From contig OX597834.1 of assembly GCA_951406725.2 (NCBI GenBank), forward strand, positions 46,748,001 through 46,812,000: a stretch of 64,000 nt of DNA, given 5' to 3'. Both the position numbers and the translations under genes were made by a program. The stretch comes from Octopus vulgaris (lineage: Eukaryota). Of the stretch, positions 1 through 14,460 are shown in pieces (position 1 is the stretch's first letter; the number at the start of each line of letters is the position of its first letter). The notes under the pieces are model-generated. The model searched no databases. It worked only from the letters and a program-made list of their open reading frames with translations, and was not told where the DNA came from.

Positions 1-480
1 AGGCCCTCGGGCCATCTGACATTGGGTAGATTGAAGTCTCCCATAAGAAGTACACTTATGTGTTGTTCTAATGTGATTAGAACTTCTTCTATTTTTATAA
101 GGCAGTCTTCAAACTTGCCCACATGGCTTGGGGCATCTGGAGGGCGATATGTAGCACACACAACTATATCAAGTTGCCTTATATGTACAATTAGTGTGTC
201 ACACACCGAGTTTGAGTATGACAAGAGGACCTGGGGTGTGAGGTCCTCACGGATGTACATAGCAACTCCTCCATGACTCCTTTCTTTTCTGTCGGTTCGT
301 AGTACAACATACTGTGGTATGTGTAACTCCGCATCTGCTATGTCCGGTTTCAGGTGCGTTTCCGTGAGTGCTATGCATAAGGCTTGATTGCATGCAACAA
401 AGTCTCTCAAGAACGGGATTTTTGTCCTGTTACTGAGTGTTTGCAGCCCTCTGATGTTCAGTAGGAGCATCGAGGTGAGG
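1..480 (-). mobile_element. CR1-like LINE ORF2 fragment: apurinic (APE) endonuclease domain, running off the window edge
   Basis: Manual minus-strand translation, not in the ORF track: LTSMLLLNIRGLQ..IALTETHL..RTDRKERSHGGVAMYI..TYRPPD..LLMGDFNLPNVRW. These are the APE motifs N-x-RGL, ETH, GGV, YRPP and GDFN, with no stops. Confidence 0.9.
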
Positions 481-484
481 TGGA

Positions 485-736
485 TGTATTAATGTATATA
501 TATATATGTATTAATGTATATATATATATATGTATTAATGTATATATATATATATGTATTAATGTATATATATATATATGTATTAATGTATATATATATA
601 TATGTATTAATGTATATATATATATGTATTAATGTATTATATATATATATATATATATGTATTAATGTATATATATATATATGTATGAATGTATATATAT
701 ATGTGTATGTATATATATATATATATATGTATGTAT
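485..736. repeat. TA-rich tandem repeat with a ~26-bp GTATTAATGTATATA... unit
   Basis: Direct inspection. Confidence 0.9.
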
Positions 737-846
737 AATTTCAGCAAAAACAATTAAGATTCAAAAGAATTCAAATGAATATGGTACTTAACTTAGATGC
801 ACCAAGATTCCTTATGGTATTAACCATAAAATTATGTGGGGTGATT

Positions 847-1101
847 ATAATCAAGAAAAAAGCAACACGAATGGATCAGTAGATTAGTACAATTGTTTCA
901 TACTAAATATCCTTATGAAGTTATAACTTCATAAGGATATTTACACTCTCTAAGAATATATGGAAAACCTATATGTGATTTAGCTGATGAATACTTGACA
1001 TTATATTTGCTGTAATATTTGCAGCTTGAAATTAAATGTTTTTAGTATGAAACAATTGTACTAATCTACCGATCCATTCTTGTTGCTTTTTTTTTGGTTA
1101 T
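847..1101. mobile_element. Fold-back element with ~60-bp inverted arms, an internal 40-bp palindrome and a hammerhead motif (Penelope pLTR-like)
   Basis: 847-907 is a near-perfect reverse complement of 1041-1101. 904-943 is a perfect palindrome. Confidence 0.7.
977..1066 (+). ncRNA. Type I hammerhead ribozyme motif with canonical core
   Basis: gatttag-CTGATGA(984-990)-atact..agtat-GAAAC(1049-1053)-aatt-GTA-ctaatc. Stems I, II and a palindromic stem III are all formable. Confidence 0.65.
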
Positions 1102-1111
1102 ATGTATATAA

Positions 1112-2740
1112 CCGGCAATCCTCCTAAAAGCATGTAAGAGAGTCCTAGCAAGACCACTGCAGTTCCTATTTCAGAGCTTCCTTGCAGCTGGCAAACTTCC
1201 AGGAAAACTGAAGGAAGGTAAAATATGCCCCATTCATAAAGGAGGTAGCAGAGCGGAAGCCAAGAACTATAGACCTATCTCTCTGACCTCACACATTAGC
1301 AAGGTCATGGAACAAATAGTCAGAAGGAAGCTGATCACCTTCCTTGAAGAAAATGACTTGCTGCCCGACACCCAACATGGTTTCCGACCAGGGAGAAGCT
1401 GTTTAACTCAGCTCCTACAACACTATGACTGGGTGCTGAAACGGCTGCTCAACCACTCAAATGTGGAAGTGATATATCTCGACTTTGCAAAGGCCTTTGA
1501 TAAAGTCGATCATGGAATGATATGTCACAAACTGCGTGATCTCAACATAGTTGGAAAACTGGGAGAATGGCTTCATGACTTTCTGAAGGATAGAAGTCAG
1601 GTGGTAGTAGCCAATGGGGCCACCTCCATTAACACACAAATAGTGAGCGGTGTTCCGCAGGGCACTGTTCTGGGACCACTACTGTTCATAATGGCCCTCT
1701 CAGACATGCCCTCAGCCACGCAGAGAGCCACGATCACAAGTTATGCAGATGATACAAAAGTTTCACAGGCAATACAGAACCCTGAGGACACTAAACACCT
1801 GCAATGTGAGCTAGACGAAATATACAAGTGGGCTGAAAAGAATAGCATGCAGTTCAATGCTGGAAAGTTTCAAGCTTTATACTATCAGCATGCAAAACTG
1901 AATGCAATACCCAATGAATACACTGGACCCGGAGGGATTGCAATCCCAGAGGCACAATCAGTGCGTGACCTGGGTATTCACATGAGTGATGACGCGACCT
2001 TTCATGTACATGTTGCTAAACTGACAATGAAATGTAGACGGCTGGCTGGATGGATTCTTAGAACCTTTAGAACAAGAGAACAAAAAACCATGATGGTCCT
2101 CTGGAAGACACTTGTCCTAAGCCACTTTGACTATTGCTCTCAGCTATGGTCACCATCTAGTGTCAAGTTGATCACAGAACTTGAGGCGATCCAACGAAGC
2201 TACACAAAGAAGATAGCCTCTATGCAGAATGTAAGCTACTGGGAAAGACTCAAGAGATTAAAATTATATTCTCTGGAGCGTAGGCGGGAAAGATATGCCA
2301 TAATATACATCTGGAAGATCCTGGAGGGAAGTGTCCTGAACTTTGGCATCGAGAGTTACGCAAATGCCAGAACTGGGCGCACTGCGTGGTGCCAAGGACT
2401 CCAAACCTGCCATCAAGATGTAGGACAAGATTCTGTGATAGCCTGGGCTTCCGAGGCCCACAGCTCTTCAATATCCTCCCGAAGAACCTGAGAGACCTGC
2501 ATGGGGTGGATACAGATGTCTTTAAAATGAAGCTGGATCTCTTCCTGTCAGGTGTCCCAGATGAACCAACTTCACGGCAGGAGGGGCAGATGAGGGCAGC
2601 TGCATCGAACTCTCTCATGCACCAAATAGCAGTTGCTAGAAAGCCTCCATGAAGTGAAACCAAGTAGCAACACCAAATGGCGGTGCCCCAGCATGGCCAC
2701 AGCTCATGAGCTGAAACTGGAATCAATCAATCAATCAATC
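1112..2740 (+). mobile_element. 5'-truncated CR1-like LINE: RT domain, 3' UTR and (AATC)n tail, with one frameshift near 2378
   Basis: NYRPISLTS, QHGFRPGRSC, YLDFAKAFDKVDH, SGVPQGTVLGP, YADD, DLGI and YCSQLWSP motifs. The C-terminus continues in ORF 2386-2652. The tail is aatcaatcaatc. Confidence 0.95.
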
Positions 2741-2764
2741 ATATATATATATATATAATGTTTG

Positions 2765-2797
<33 letters not shown>

Positions 2798-3015
2798 GTA
2801 TGTATATATATATGTATGTATATGTATGTATATATATATGTATGTATATGTATGTATATATATATATATATGTATGTATATATATATATATGTATGTATA
2901 TATATATGTATGTATATATATATATATGTATGTATATATATATGTATGTATATATATATGTATGTATATATATATATGTATGTATATATATATGTATGTA
3001 TGTATATGTATGTCA

Positions 3016-3220
3016 GAAGTATTCACGGAGTGGTTGGCGTTAGGAAGGGCATCCAGCTGTAGAAACATTGCCAGATTAGACTGGAGCCTGGTGCAGCCTT
3101 CTGGCTTCCCAGAACTCCCCGGTCGAACCGTCCAACCCATGCTAGCATGGAGAACGGACGTTAAACGACGATGATGATGATGTATATATATATATATATG
3201 TATGTATATATATATATATG

Positions 3221-3286
<66 letters not shown>

Positions 3287-3539
3287 TGTATGTATATATA
3301 TATATGTACGTATATATATATATATATGTATGTATCATCATCATCATCATCATCATCATCGTTTAACGTCCGTTCTTCATGCTAGCATAGGTTGGACGAT
3401 TGCCCGACCGGGGTTCTGGGAAGCCAGAAGGCTGCACCAGGCTCCAGTCAAATCTGGCAATGTTTCTACAGCTGGATGCCCTTCCTAACGCCAACCACTC
3501 CGTGAGTGTAGTGGGTGCTTTTACGTGCCACCTGCACAG

Positions 3540-3540
<1 letters not shown>
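3016..3540. mobile_element. Two RTE-LINE 3'-end copies with (GAT)n tails, tail to tail (3016-3181 +, 3334-3540 -)
   Basis: Shared ggttggcgttaggaagggcatccagctgtagaaac..ccaacccatgctagcatgg..ggacgttaaacgatgatg. The same sequence forms the 3' end of the RTE LINE at 19640-21097. Confidence 0.85.
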
Positions 3541-3596
<56 letters not shown>

Positions 3597-3604
3597 GTAT
3601 GTAT

Positions 3605-3642
<38 letters not shown>

Positions 3643-3757
3643 GTATGTATATATATATATGTATATATGTATGTATATATATGTATATATATATATGTGT
3701 ATATATATATATGTATGTATGTATGTATGTATATATATATATATGTCTGTATGTATG

Positions 3758-3820
<63 letters not shown>

Positions 3821-3875
3821 TGATATATGTATATATGTATGTATGTATATGTATATATATATGTATGTATGTATG

Positions 3876-3906
<31 letters not shown>

Positions 3907-4047
3907 GTATGTGTGTGTGTGTGTATATGTATGTATGTATATGTATGTATATATATGTATGTATGTATATGTGTATGTGTGTGTATATATGTATGTGTGT
4001 ATGTATGTATATATATGTATATATATATGTATGTATGTATATATATG

Positions 4048-4078
<31 letters not shown>

Positions 4079-4836
4079 ATATGTATATATATATATATAT
4101 GTATGTATGTATATATGTATGTATATATGTATGTATGTATGTATGTATATATATATACATATATGTATGTATGTATGTATATATATATATATGTATGTAT
4201 GTATGTGTATATATATATATATGTATGTATGTATGTGTATATATATATATGTATGTATGTATGTATGTATATATATATACATATATGTATGTATGTATGT
4301 ATATATATATACATATATGTATGTATGTATGTATATATGTATATATCTATATATATATGTATGTATGTATGTATATATGTATATATCTATATATATATGT
4401 ATGTATGTATGTATATATGTATATATCTATATATATGTATGTATGTATGTATGTATATGTATATATATATGTATATATATATGTATGTATGTATGTATAT
4501 ATGTATGTATATCTATATATATGTATGTATGTATGTATATATGTATATATGTATATATGTATATATATATATGTATGTATGTATATATGTATGTATGTAT
4601 GTATGATATATATCTATATATATATGTATGTATGTATGTATATATGTATATATCTATATATATATGTATGTATGTATGTATATATGTATGTATATATATA
4701 TATGTATGTATGTATGTATATATGTATATATATATATATATGTATGTATATATATATGTATATATATATATATATGTATGTATGTATGTATGTATATATG
4801 TAGATATCTATGTATATATGTATGTATGTATATATG

Positions 4837-4867
<31 letters not shown>

Positions 4868-4900
4868 GTATGTATATATGTATATATATATATATGTATG

Positions 4901-4951
<51 letters not shown>

Positions 4952-5104
4952 ATATATATATATATGTATATATGTATATATATATATGTATGTATGTATA
5001 TATATATATATATGTATGTATGTATGTATATATATCATATGTACGATGTATGTATGTATATATATATATATGTGTATATATGTGTGTATATATATATATG
5101 TATG

Positions 5105-5167
<63 letters not shown>

Positions 5168-5183
5168 ATATATATATATGTAT

Positions 5184-5274
<91 letters not shown>

Positions 5275-5276
5275 TA

Positions 5277-5348
<72 letters not shown>

Positions 5349-5471
5349 ATATATATATATGTATGTATGTATATATATATATATATGTATGTATGTATGT
5401 ATATATATATATATGTATGTATATATATATATATGTATGTATGTATGTATATATATATATATGTATGTATG

Positions 5472-5526
<55 letters not shown>

Positions 5527-5591
5527 GTATATGTATGTATATATATATGTATGTATGTATGTATATATATATATATATATGTATGTATATA

Positions 5592-5624
<33 letters not shown>

Positions 5625-5645
5625 ATGTATATATATATATGTATG

Positions 5646-5712
<67 letters not shown>

Positions 5713-5714
5713 TG

Positions 5715-5793
<79 letters not shown>

Positions 5794-5822
5794 ATATATA
5801 TATGTATATATATATATATGTG

Positions 5823-5857
<35 letters not shown>

Positions 5858-5868
5858 GTGTGTATGTG

Positions 5869-5899
<31 letters not shown>

Positions 5900-5940
5900 G
5901 TATATATATATGTATGTATATATATATATATATGTATATA

Positions 5941-6057
<117 letters not shown>

Positions 6058-6081
6058 GTATATATATATTATATATATATG

Positions 6082-6126
<45 letters not shown>

Positions 6127-6241
6127 GTATATATATATATATATGTATATATATATGTATGTATATATATATATATGTATATATGTATGTGTATATATAT
6201 ATGTGTATATATATATGTATGTATGTATATATATATGTATG

Positions 6242-6300
<59 letters not shown>

Positions 6301-6307
6301 GTATATA

Positions 6308-6358
<51 letters not shown>

Positions 6359-6384
6359 ATATATATTATGTATGTATATGTATG

Positions 6385-6424
<40 letters not shown>

Positions 6425-6429
6425 TATGT

Positions 6430-6460
<31 letters not shown>

Positions 6461-6544
6461 TATATATATATGTATGTATATATATATATGTATTGTATAT
6501 ATATATATATATATGTGTTTTTTTTTTATATATATGTGTGTATG

Positions 6545-6634
<90 letters not shown>

Positions 6635-6705
6635 TATGTATGTATATATGTATATATATATATATATATGATATGTATGTATGTATATATATATATATAT
6701 ATATG

Positions 6706-6746
<41 letters not shown>

Positions 6747-6785
6747 ATATATATATATGTATGTATGTATATATATGTATGTATG

Positions 6786-6844
<59 letters not shown>

Positions 6845-6873
6845 TTGTATGTATATATATATATATATGTATC

Positions 6874-6905
<32 letters not shown>

Positions 6906-7035
6906 TATGTGTATATATATATATGTATATGTGTGTGTGTGTGTGTGTGTGTATGTGTGTGTATATGTATATATATGTATATATATATGTGTATATATAT
7001 ATGTATATATATATTTGTATATATATATGTATATG

Positions 7036-7068
<33 letters not shown>

Positions 7069-7141
7069 GTATATGTATATATATATGTATATATATATGT
7101 ATATATATATGTATGTATATATATGTATATATATATGTATG

Positions 7142-7202
<61 letters not shown>

Positions 7203-7255
7203 GTATATATATGTATATATATATGTATATATATATATATATGTATATATATATG

Positions 7256-7298
<43 letters not shown>

Positions 7299-7359
7299 AT
7301 ATATATATGTATGTATGTATGTATATATATATATGTATATATGTATGTATATATATATG

Positions 7360-7394
<35 letters not shown>

Positions 7395-7492
7395 GTATGT
7401 ATATATATATATATATGTATGTATATATATATGTATGTATATATATATATGTATGTATATATATATATATATATATGTATGTATATATATAT

Positions 7493-7536
<44 letters not shown>

Positions 7537-7687
7537 ATATATATGTATGTATATATATATATATATGTATGTATATATATATATGTATATATATATATGT
7601 ATATATGTATGTATATATATATGTATGTATATATATGTATATATATATGTATGTATATATATATGTATGTATATATATATATATATG

Positions 7688-7719
<32 letters not shown>

Positions 7720-8389
7720 TGTATATATATATGTATGTATATATATATATATGTATGTATGTATGTATGTATATATATATGTATGTATATATATATGTAT
7801 GTATGTATATATATATGTATATGTATATATATATGTATGTATATATATATGTATGTATGTATATATATATGTATGTATATATATATGTATGTATGTATAT
7901 ATATATGTATATATGTATATATGTATGTATATATATATATGTATGTATATATATATGTATATATATATATGTATGTATGTATATATATATGTATATGTAT
8001 ATATATATGTATGTATGTATGTATATATGTATGTATGTATATATATATGTATGTATATATATATGTATGTATGTATATATATATGTATGTATGTATATAT
8101 ATATGTATATGTATATATATATGTATGTATGTATATATGTATGTATGTATATATGTATGTATGTATATATATGTATGTATGTATGTGTATATGTATGTAT
8201 GTATATATATATGTATGTATGTATATATATATATGTATATATATATATGTATGTATATATATATGTATGTATATATATATGTATGTATGTATGTATATAT
8301 ATATGTATGTATGTATATATATATATGTATGTATATATATATGTATGTATGTATGTATATATATATATGTATATATGTATGTATGTATG

Positions 8390-8422
<33 letters not shown>

Positions 8423-8517
8423 ATATATATATATGTATATATATATGTATGTATGTATGTATATATATATGTATGTATGTATGTATGTATATATATGTAT
8501 GTATGTATATATGTATG

Positions 8518-8548
<31 letters not shown>

Positions 8549-8615
8549 ATATATATGTATGTATATATGTATGTATGTATATATGTATGTATGTATGTAT
8601 ATATGTATGTATGTA

Positions 8616-8651
<36 letters not shown>

Positions 8652-8658
8652 TGTATGT

Positions 8659-8689
<31 letters not shown>

Positions 8690-8853
8690 TGTATATATAT
8701 ATGTATATATATATATATGTATGTATATATATATATATGTATATGTATATATATGTATGTATATATATATATATGTATGTATATATATATGTATGTATGT
8801 ATATATATATGTATGTATGTATGTATATATATATGTATGTATATATATATATG

Positions 8854-8898
<45 letters not shown>

Positions 8899-8903
8899 GT
8901 ATG

Positions 8904-8936
<33 letters not shown>

Positions 8937-8941
8937 GTATG

Positions 8942-8995
<54 letters not shown>

Positions 8996-9035
8996 TATAT
9001 GTATGTATATATATATGTATATATATATATGTATG

Positions 9036-9073
<38 letters not shown>

Positions 9074-9097
9074 TGTATGTATATATATATATGTATG

Positions 9098-9186
<89 letters not shown>

Positions 9187-9726
9187 GTATGTATATATAT
9201 ATATATATATTTATGTATATATATATATATGTATGTATGTCTATATGCATATATATATTTATGTATATATATATATATGTATGTATGTCTATGTATCATA
9301 TATATATTTATGTATGTATATCTATGCATGCATATATGTATGTATGTATGTATATATATATGTGTATGTATATGTATGTATATCTATGTATATATATATT
9401 TATGTATATGTATGTATATCTATGCATGCATATATACATATATAACTTAGAATAACTTAGAAAGGTTTTTGGCCAGTATGCCTATGCCATGTCATATACA
9501 ATATTAACAATATGTTCCCATGCGAATCGAATGCGGATATATATGTATGTATATGTATATATATATATGTATGTATATGTATGTATATCTATGCATGCAT
9601 ATATATATATATGTATGTATATATATATGTATGTATGTATATATATATATGTATATATATGTATATATATGTATGTATGTATATATGTATATGTATACAT
9701 ATATGTATGTATGTATATGTATATAT

Positions 9727-9757
<31 letters not shown>

Positions 9758-10072
9758 TGTATATCTATGCATGTATATATGTATATGTATGTATATCTAT
9801 GCATGCATATATATATGTGTATGTATGTATATGTTGTGTATCTATGCATGGATATATATATGTATGTATGTATATGTATGTATATTTATGCATGTTTATG
9901 TATATATGTATGTATACATATATATGTATGTATACATAAGTATGTATATACATATATGTATGTATACATATATATGTATGTATACATAAGTATGTATATA
10001 CATATATGTATATATATGCATGTATATATATATATATGTATATATATACATATATATATGTTATATATATGC

Positions 10073-10107
<35 letters not shown>

Positions 10108-10157
10108 CATGTATATATATGTATATATATACATATATATATATGTATATATATGCA

Positions 10158-10198
<41 letters not shown>

Positions 10199-10309
10199 GC
10201 ATGTATATATATATGTATATATATACATATATATATATATGTATATATATATGTATATATATATGTATATATATATATATATATATATGCATGTGTGTGT
10301 GTGTATATT

Positions 10310-10725
10310 GCTTGAGAATACCCATCAAGTCAATTGAAATCCTGGTCATGACTGATGTTGGTGTCATTCCACTGGTCCTTAAATAGTCCCATTCTAGCAT
10401 CGATCCTCATGGAGGCCAAGTGGCTGAGCTCCTTTGGGAGCGTTATGACCGAAACCTTTGGCATTATGTCATGCTTCAGAAGAAGACTCATCAAGCCAAG
10501 CAAAATAGCAGTCGTGGGGGATTCCGGTGTCACGCATAACTGGCACCCATGCCCTATGGTGCATAAAAAACACCCATTACACTCTCTCTGAGTGGTTGGC
10601 ATTAGGAAGGGCATCCAGCTATAGAGAACCATGCCAAATCAAACAGGTGTCTGGTGCAGCCTTCCAGCTTACTAGCTCTGGTCAGACCATGCCACTAAGG
10701 ATAACGGACGTTAGATGATGATGAT
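10310..10725 (+). mobile_element. RTE-type 3' end/SINE variant with (GAT)n tail
   Basis: gagtggttggcattaggaagggcatccagct..ggacgttagatgatgatg. Confidence 0.75.
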
Positions 10726-10841
10726 GTATGTATGTATGTGTATTTATATGTATGTATATATATACATGTATATATATGCATGTATGTGTATTTATATGTA
10801 TGTATATATATGCATGTATATATATATATATATATATATGC

Positions 10842-10899
<58 letters not shown>

Positions 10900-10991
10900 T
10901 ATGCATGTATGTATATATATATATATATATATGCATGTATGTATATATATATATATATATATGCATGTATGTATATATATATATATGTATG

Positions 10992-11054
<63 letters not shown>

Positions 11055-11103
11055 ATATATATATATATATGTATGTATATATATATATATATATGCATGT
11101 ATG

Positions 11104-11134
<31 letters not shown>

Positions 11135-11519
11135 ATATATATATATATATATGCATGTATGTATATATATATATATATGCATGTATGTATATATATATAT
11201 ATATATATGCATGTATGTATATATATATATATATATGTATGTATATATATATATATATATATGCATGTATGTATATATATATATATATATATGCATGTAT
11301 ATATATATATATATGTATGTATATATATATGCATGTATATATATATGCATGTATGTATATATATATGCATGTATGTATATATATGCATGTATGTATATAT
11401 ATGCATGTATGTATATATATATGCATGTATGTATATATATATGCATGTATGTATATATATATGCATGTATGTATATATATATATATGCATGTATGTATAT
11501 ATATATGCATGTATGCATG

Positions 11520-11550
<31 letters not shown>

Positions 11551-11573
11551 ATATATATATATATGCATGTATG

Positions 11574-11654
<81 letters not shown>

Positions 11655-11681
11655 GCATGTATATATATATATATATATGTG

Positions 11682-11717
<36 letters not shown>

Positions 11718-11723
11718 TGCATG

Positions 11724-11763
<40 letters not shown>

Positions 11764-12224
11764 GGTATGTGTATGTATATGTATGTATGTATATATGTGT
11801 GTGTGTATATATGTGTATGTATGTATGTATGTATATATACATACATACATCATATATATATATATTTATTTATGATCTCCATAGGTTTCTTCTATACATA
11901 CATAGATATACATAGAGTGAGCGAGTGAGTGAAGTAGGGAGAGAGGTTTATAAATATAGATTTATACTTATGTAAGTCAATAAGTATATATATATATAGG
12001 AATTATGCTTTGTATAGTGGAATATGTTAAAGGTCATAGTGACCTAATGTCACATATTTGTGTATATGTTTCTCTCTCTTTTTCTCTCTCCCATACCCCA
12101 TATATATATATATATATATATAAGTCATCTAAGAGACTGGGAAAAATGCACTTGTATATCTGTCAATAGAGTTGGTATATTATTATCTGAAGTGTACAGT
12201 ATTGTATATCTATTATGTTCAATC

Positions 12225-12412
12225 TCATCAAACAGTTTCATGCTAGGGATTCAGTGGAGGTTTAGGTAACAATCTGATAATGCAACCCTGCATTCATCAG
12301 ATGTAGCCAATCATTCCATATCACCTACCTCTAATGAGCACAAGGTTACATAATTGGATTTTTTACCTAACAGTCCGTTAAAACCTTAGTGCGAAACCGA
12401 TTGGTAAATTGG
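12225..12412. ncRNA. Divergent pair of degenerate hammerhead-like motifs (12225-12306 -, 12325-12412 +)
   Basis: Minus: CTGATGA-atgc-aggg..ccct-a-gcat-GAAAC. Plus: CTAATGA-gcac-aagg..cctt-a-gtgc-GAAAC-cgattg-GTA. Confidence 0.45.
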
Positions 12413-12607
12413 TCATAATGGATATGTATACTGTACAATTTGGATAATATATATATATTAACACCCTATATATATGCACTCACACACACGTGTATATATA
12501 TATATATACACACGTGTGTGTGTGTGCGCATATATATACGGCGTTAATGCTCAGTTTGACAGTTTACAGAAAGGGAAAAGGAAATACAATATCCCACACA
12601 AAAATTA

Positions 12608-12772
12608 AAGGCACAGGAGTGGCTGTGTGGCAAGTAGTTTGCTTACCAACCACATGGTTCCAGGTTCATTCCCACTGCATGGCACCTTGGGCAAGTGTCT
12701 TCTACCATAGCATCGGGCTGACCAAAGCCTTGTGAGTGGATTTGGTAGACAGAAACTGAAAGAAGCTCGTTG

Positions 12773-12805
<33 letters not shown>

Positions 12806-12995
12806 CTGCGTTTGTCCCCCAACATCACTTGACAACCGATGCTGGTGTGTTTACATCCCCGTAACTTAACGAATCGGCAAAAGAGACCGATAGAATAAGT
12901 ACTAGGCTTCCAAAGAATATGTCCTGGGGTCGATTTGCTCGTCTATAGGCGGTGCTCCAGCATGGCTGCAGTCAAATTGAAACAAGTAAAAGAGG
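12608..12995 (+). mobile_element. tRNA-derived SINE, family A, with internal TA/TG microsatellite and CR1-like 3' tail
   Basis: A-box-like tggctgtgtgg and B-box-like ggttcattccc. The 3' end ggcggtgctccagcatgg..gaaacaag matches the LINE end at 2679-2718. Many other copies in the window. Confidence 0.85.
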
Positions 12996-13029
12996 GAAAA
13001 AAGAAAGAGAGAAATATCAACTTGATTAT

Positions 13030-14057
13030 GGCTGGGAGATAACATTTTCCTCCAAATAGCTGTCGTCAGTTTCCACCATGGGCCTCAAGACAGCTATGTA
13101 ACCTGGCACATGCATTCTTCACTGATTCCCTGGAAAGATCTTCAAACACATCCTTGATCTTCATCACAAAGTTCAGCTTTGGTGTTGCAAGCAGAGCACT
13201 TGGTGTGTCTTTCTCAACTGCACCTCACACATAAATCCATGGAATTTAAGTCAGGGGAATTAGGAGGCCAGAAATTGGCATTGTTGGTGTCAGAAAATTT
13301 CTAACAACCACTTCTGATTCTTTCTGGAGGTATGGCAAAGAGCCAGGGGCATAGCTAGGGTAAATGGTGCCCAGGTCAAGCATCAAAATTGTGCTCTCCC
13401 CCAGCAAAAAGTAGAAACATGCATAGGAAAAGTGAATAACTGTTTTTTTTTTAATGGATTAATTAAAAAATGATTTGGGTCAAAAATTGCCCCCCCCCCC
13501 TCCTCCACAACATCATCATGGCACCCAGGGCATGTGCTCTGCTTGTCCCACCCTAGCTATGCCCCTGCAAGAAGCCAAATCCTGATACCATACCTATGGC
13601 CTTCCTGCAGCAATCCTCTCCAAACAGATATTAACCACAGTCTCCAGCCGTTCACATAGCCATCTGAATTGAGCCGAAATGAATTCTGGCATGTCGATGC
13701 AGTCAGAATCTCTTGCTATGTCTCTTCCTATTGGTCACAGATTTGTCGTCTCCATTGCAGCTGCCCATGTCATCTCTCACAGCCTATTACAGTGTTCACA
13801 GGATGTTGAGCAGTAGTCATTATGTCAGCATTTTGATACCTGGTGCATATTGTCATGGTACAGGTAACTCTTTCCCAGCATTCAAATGGCTTCAAGTCCT
13901 CCATGTTAGTTAAATTCTTCTCAACTACAAATTTAATTTTTACTAGCATTACCCATGGAAATTCCATGGTTATTTTGAAAATTCTGTCATGAGATTTGAA
14001 GCATTTGATTCTTGGAAAGTTGTAAAAATCCACATATGCAGTATTGAAGGTGCACTC
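13030..14057 (-). mobile_element. Decayed, internally deleted Tc1/mariner-superfamily (DD37D/maT-like) transposon
   Basis: Minus-strand remnants: N-terminal RKRHSKR..PEF, then VWYQD..CHTSRKNQKW and FWPPNSPDLN..GAVEKD. Frameshifted and interrupted by a MITE. Confidence 0.75.
13344..13567. mobile_element. MITE with 18-bp TIRs (hAT-like termini) inserted into the transposase relic
   Basis: caggggcatagctagggt..accctagctatgcccctg, with imperfect 8-bp flanks caaagagc/caagaagc. Confidence 0.8.
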
Positions 14058-14362
14058 AATCAATCAACCAATCAATCAACCAATCAGTCAATCAATCTGT
14101 CTATATATCTGTCTATCCATCTACCCACATACCTATTTATTGATCTGTCTACCTCCCTATTTATATCTTTATCTACCTACCCATCTGTCTGTCTGTCTAT
14201 TCATCTACCTATCCATCTATCTACCTACCAATGTATCTCTCTATTTATATGTCTATCTATCTATTTATCTCTCTCTCTCTCTCTCTATCATTCTATCTAT
14301 CTATCTCTATCTATATATCTATCTATCTGTCCACTGTCCACTTCTCCTATTAATATTAGCAC

Positions 14363-14395
<33 letters not shown>

Positions 14396-14460
14396 TCTTT
14401 CTCTCTATCTATCTCTCTTTCTCTCTCTCTATCTCTATTTATCTATCTATCTATCTATCA
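14058..14460. repeat. (TCAA)n/(TCTA)n compound microsatellite
   Basis: Direct inspection. Confidence 0.9.
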
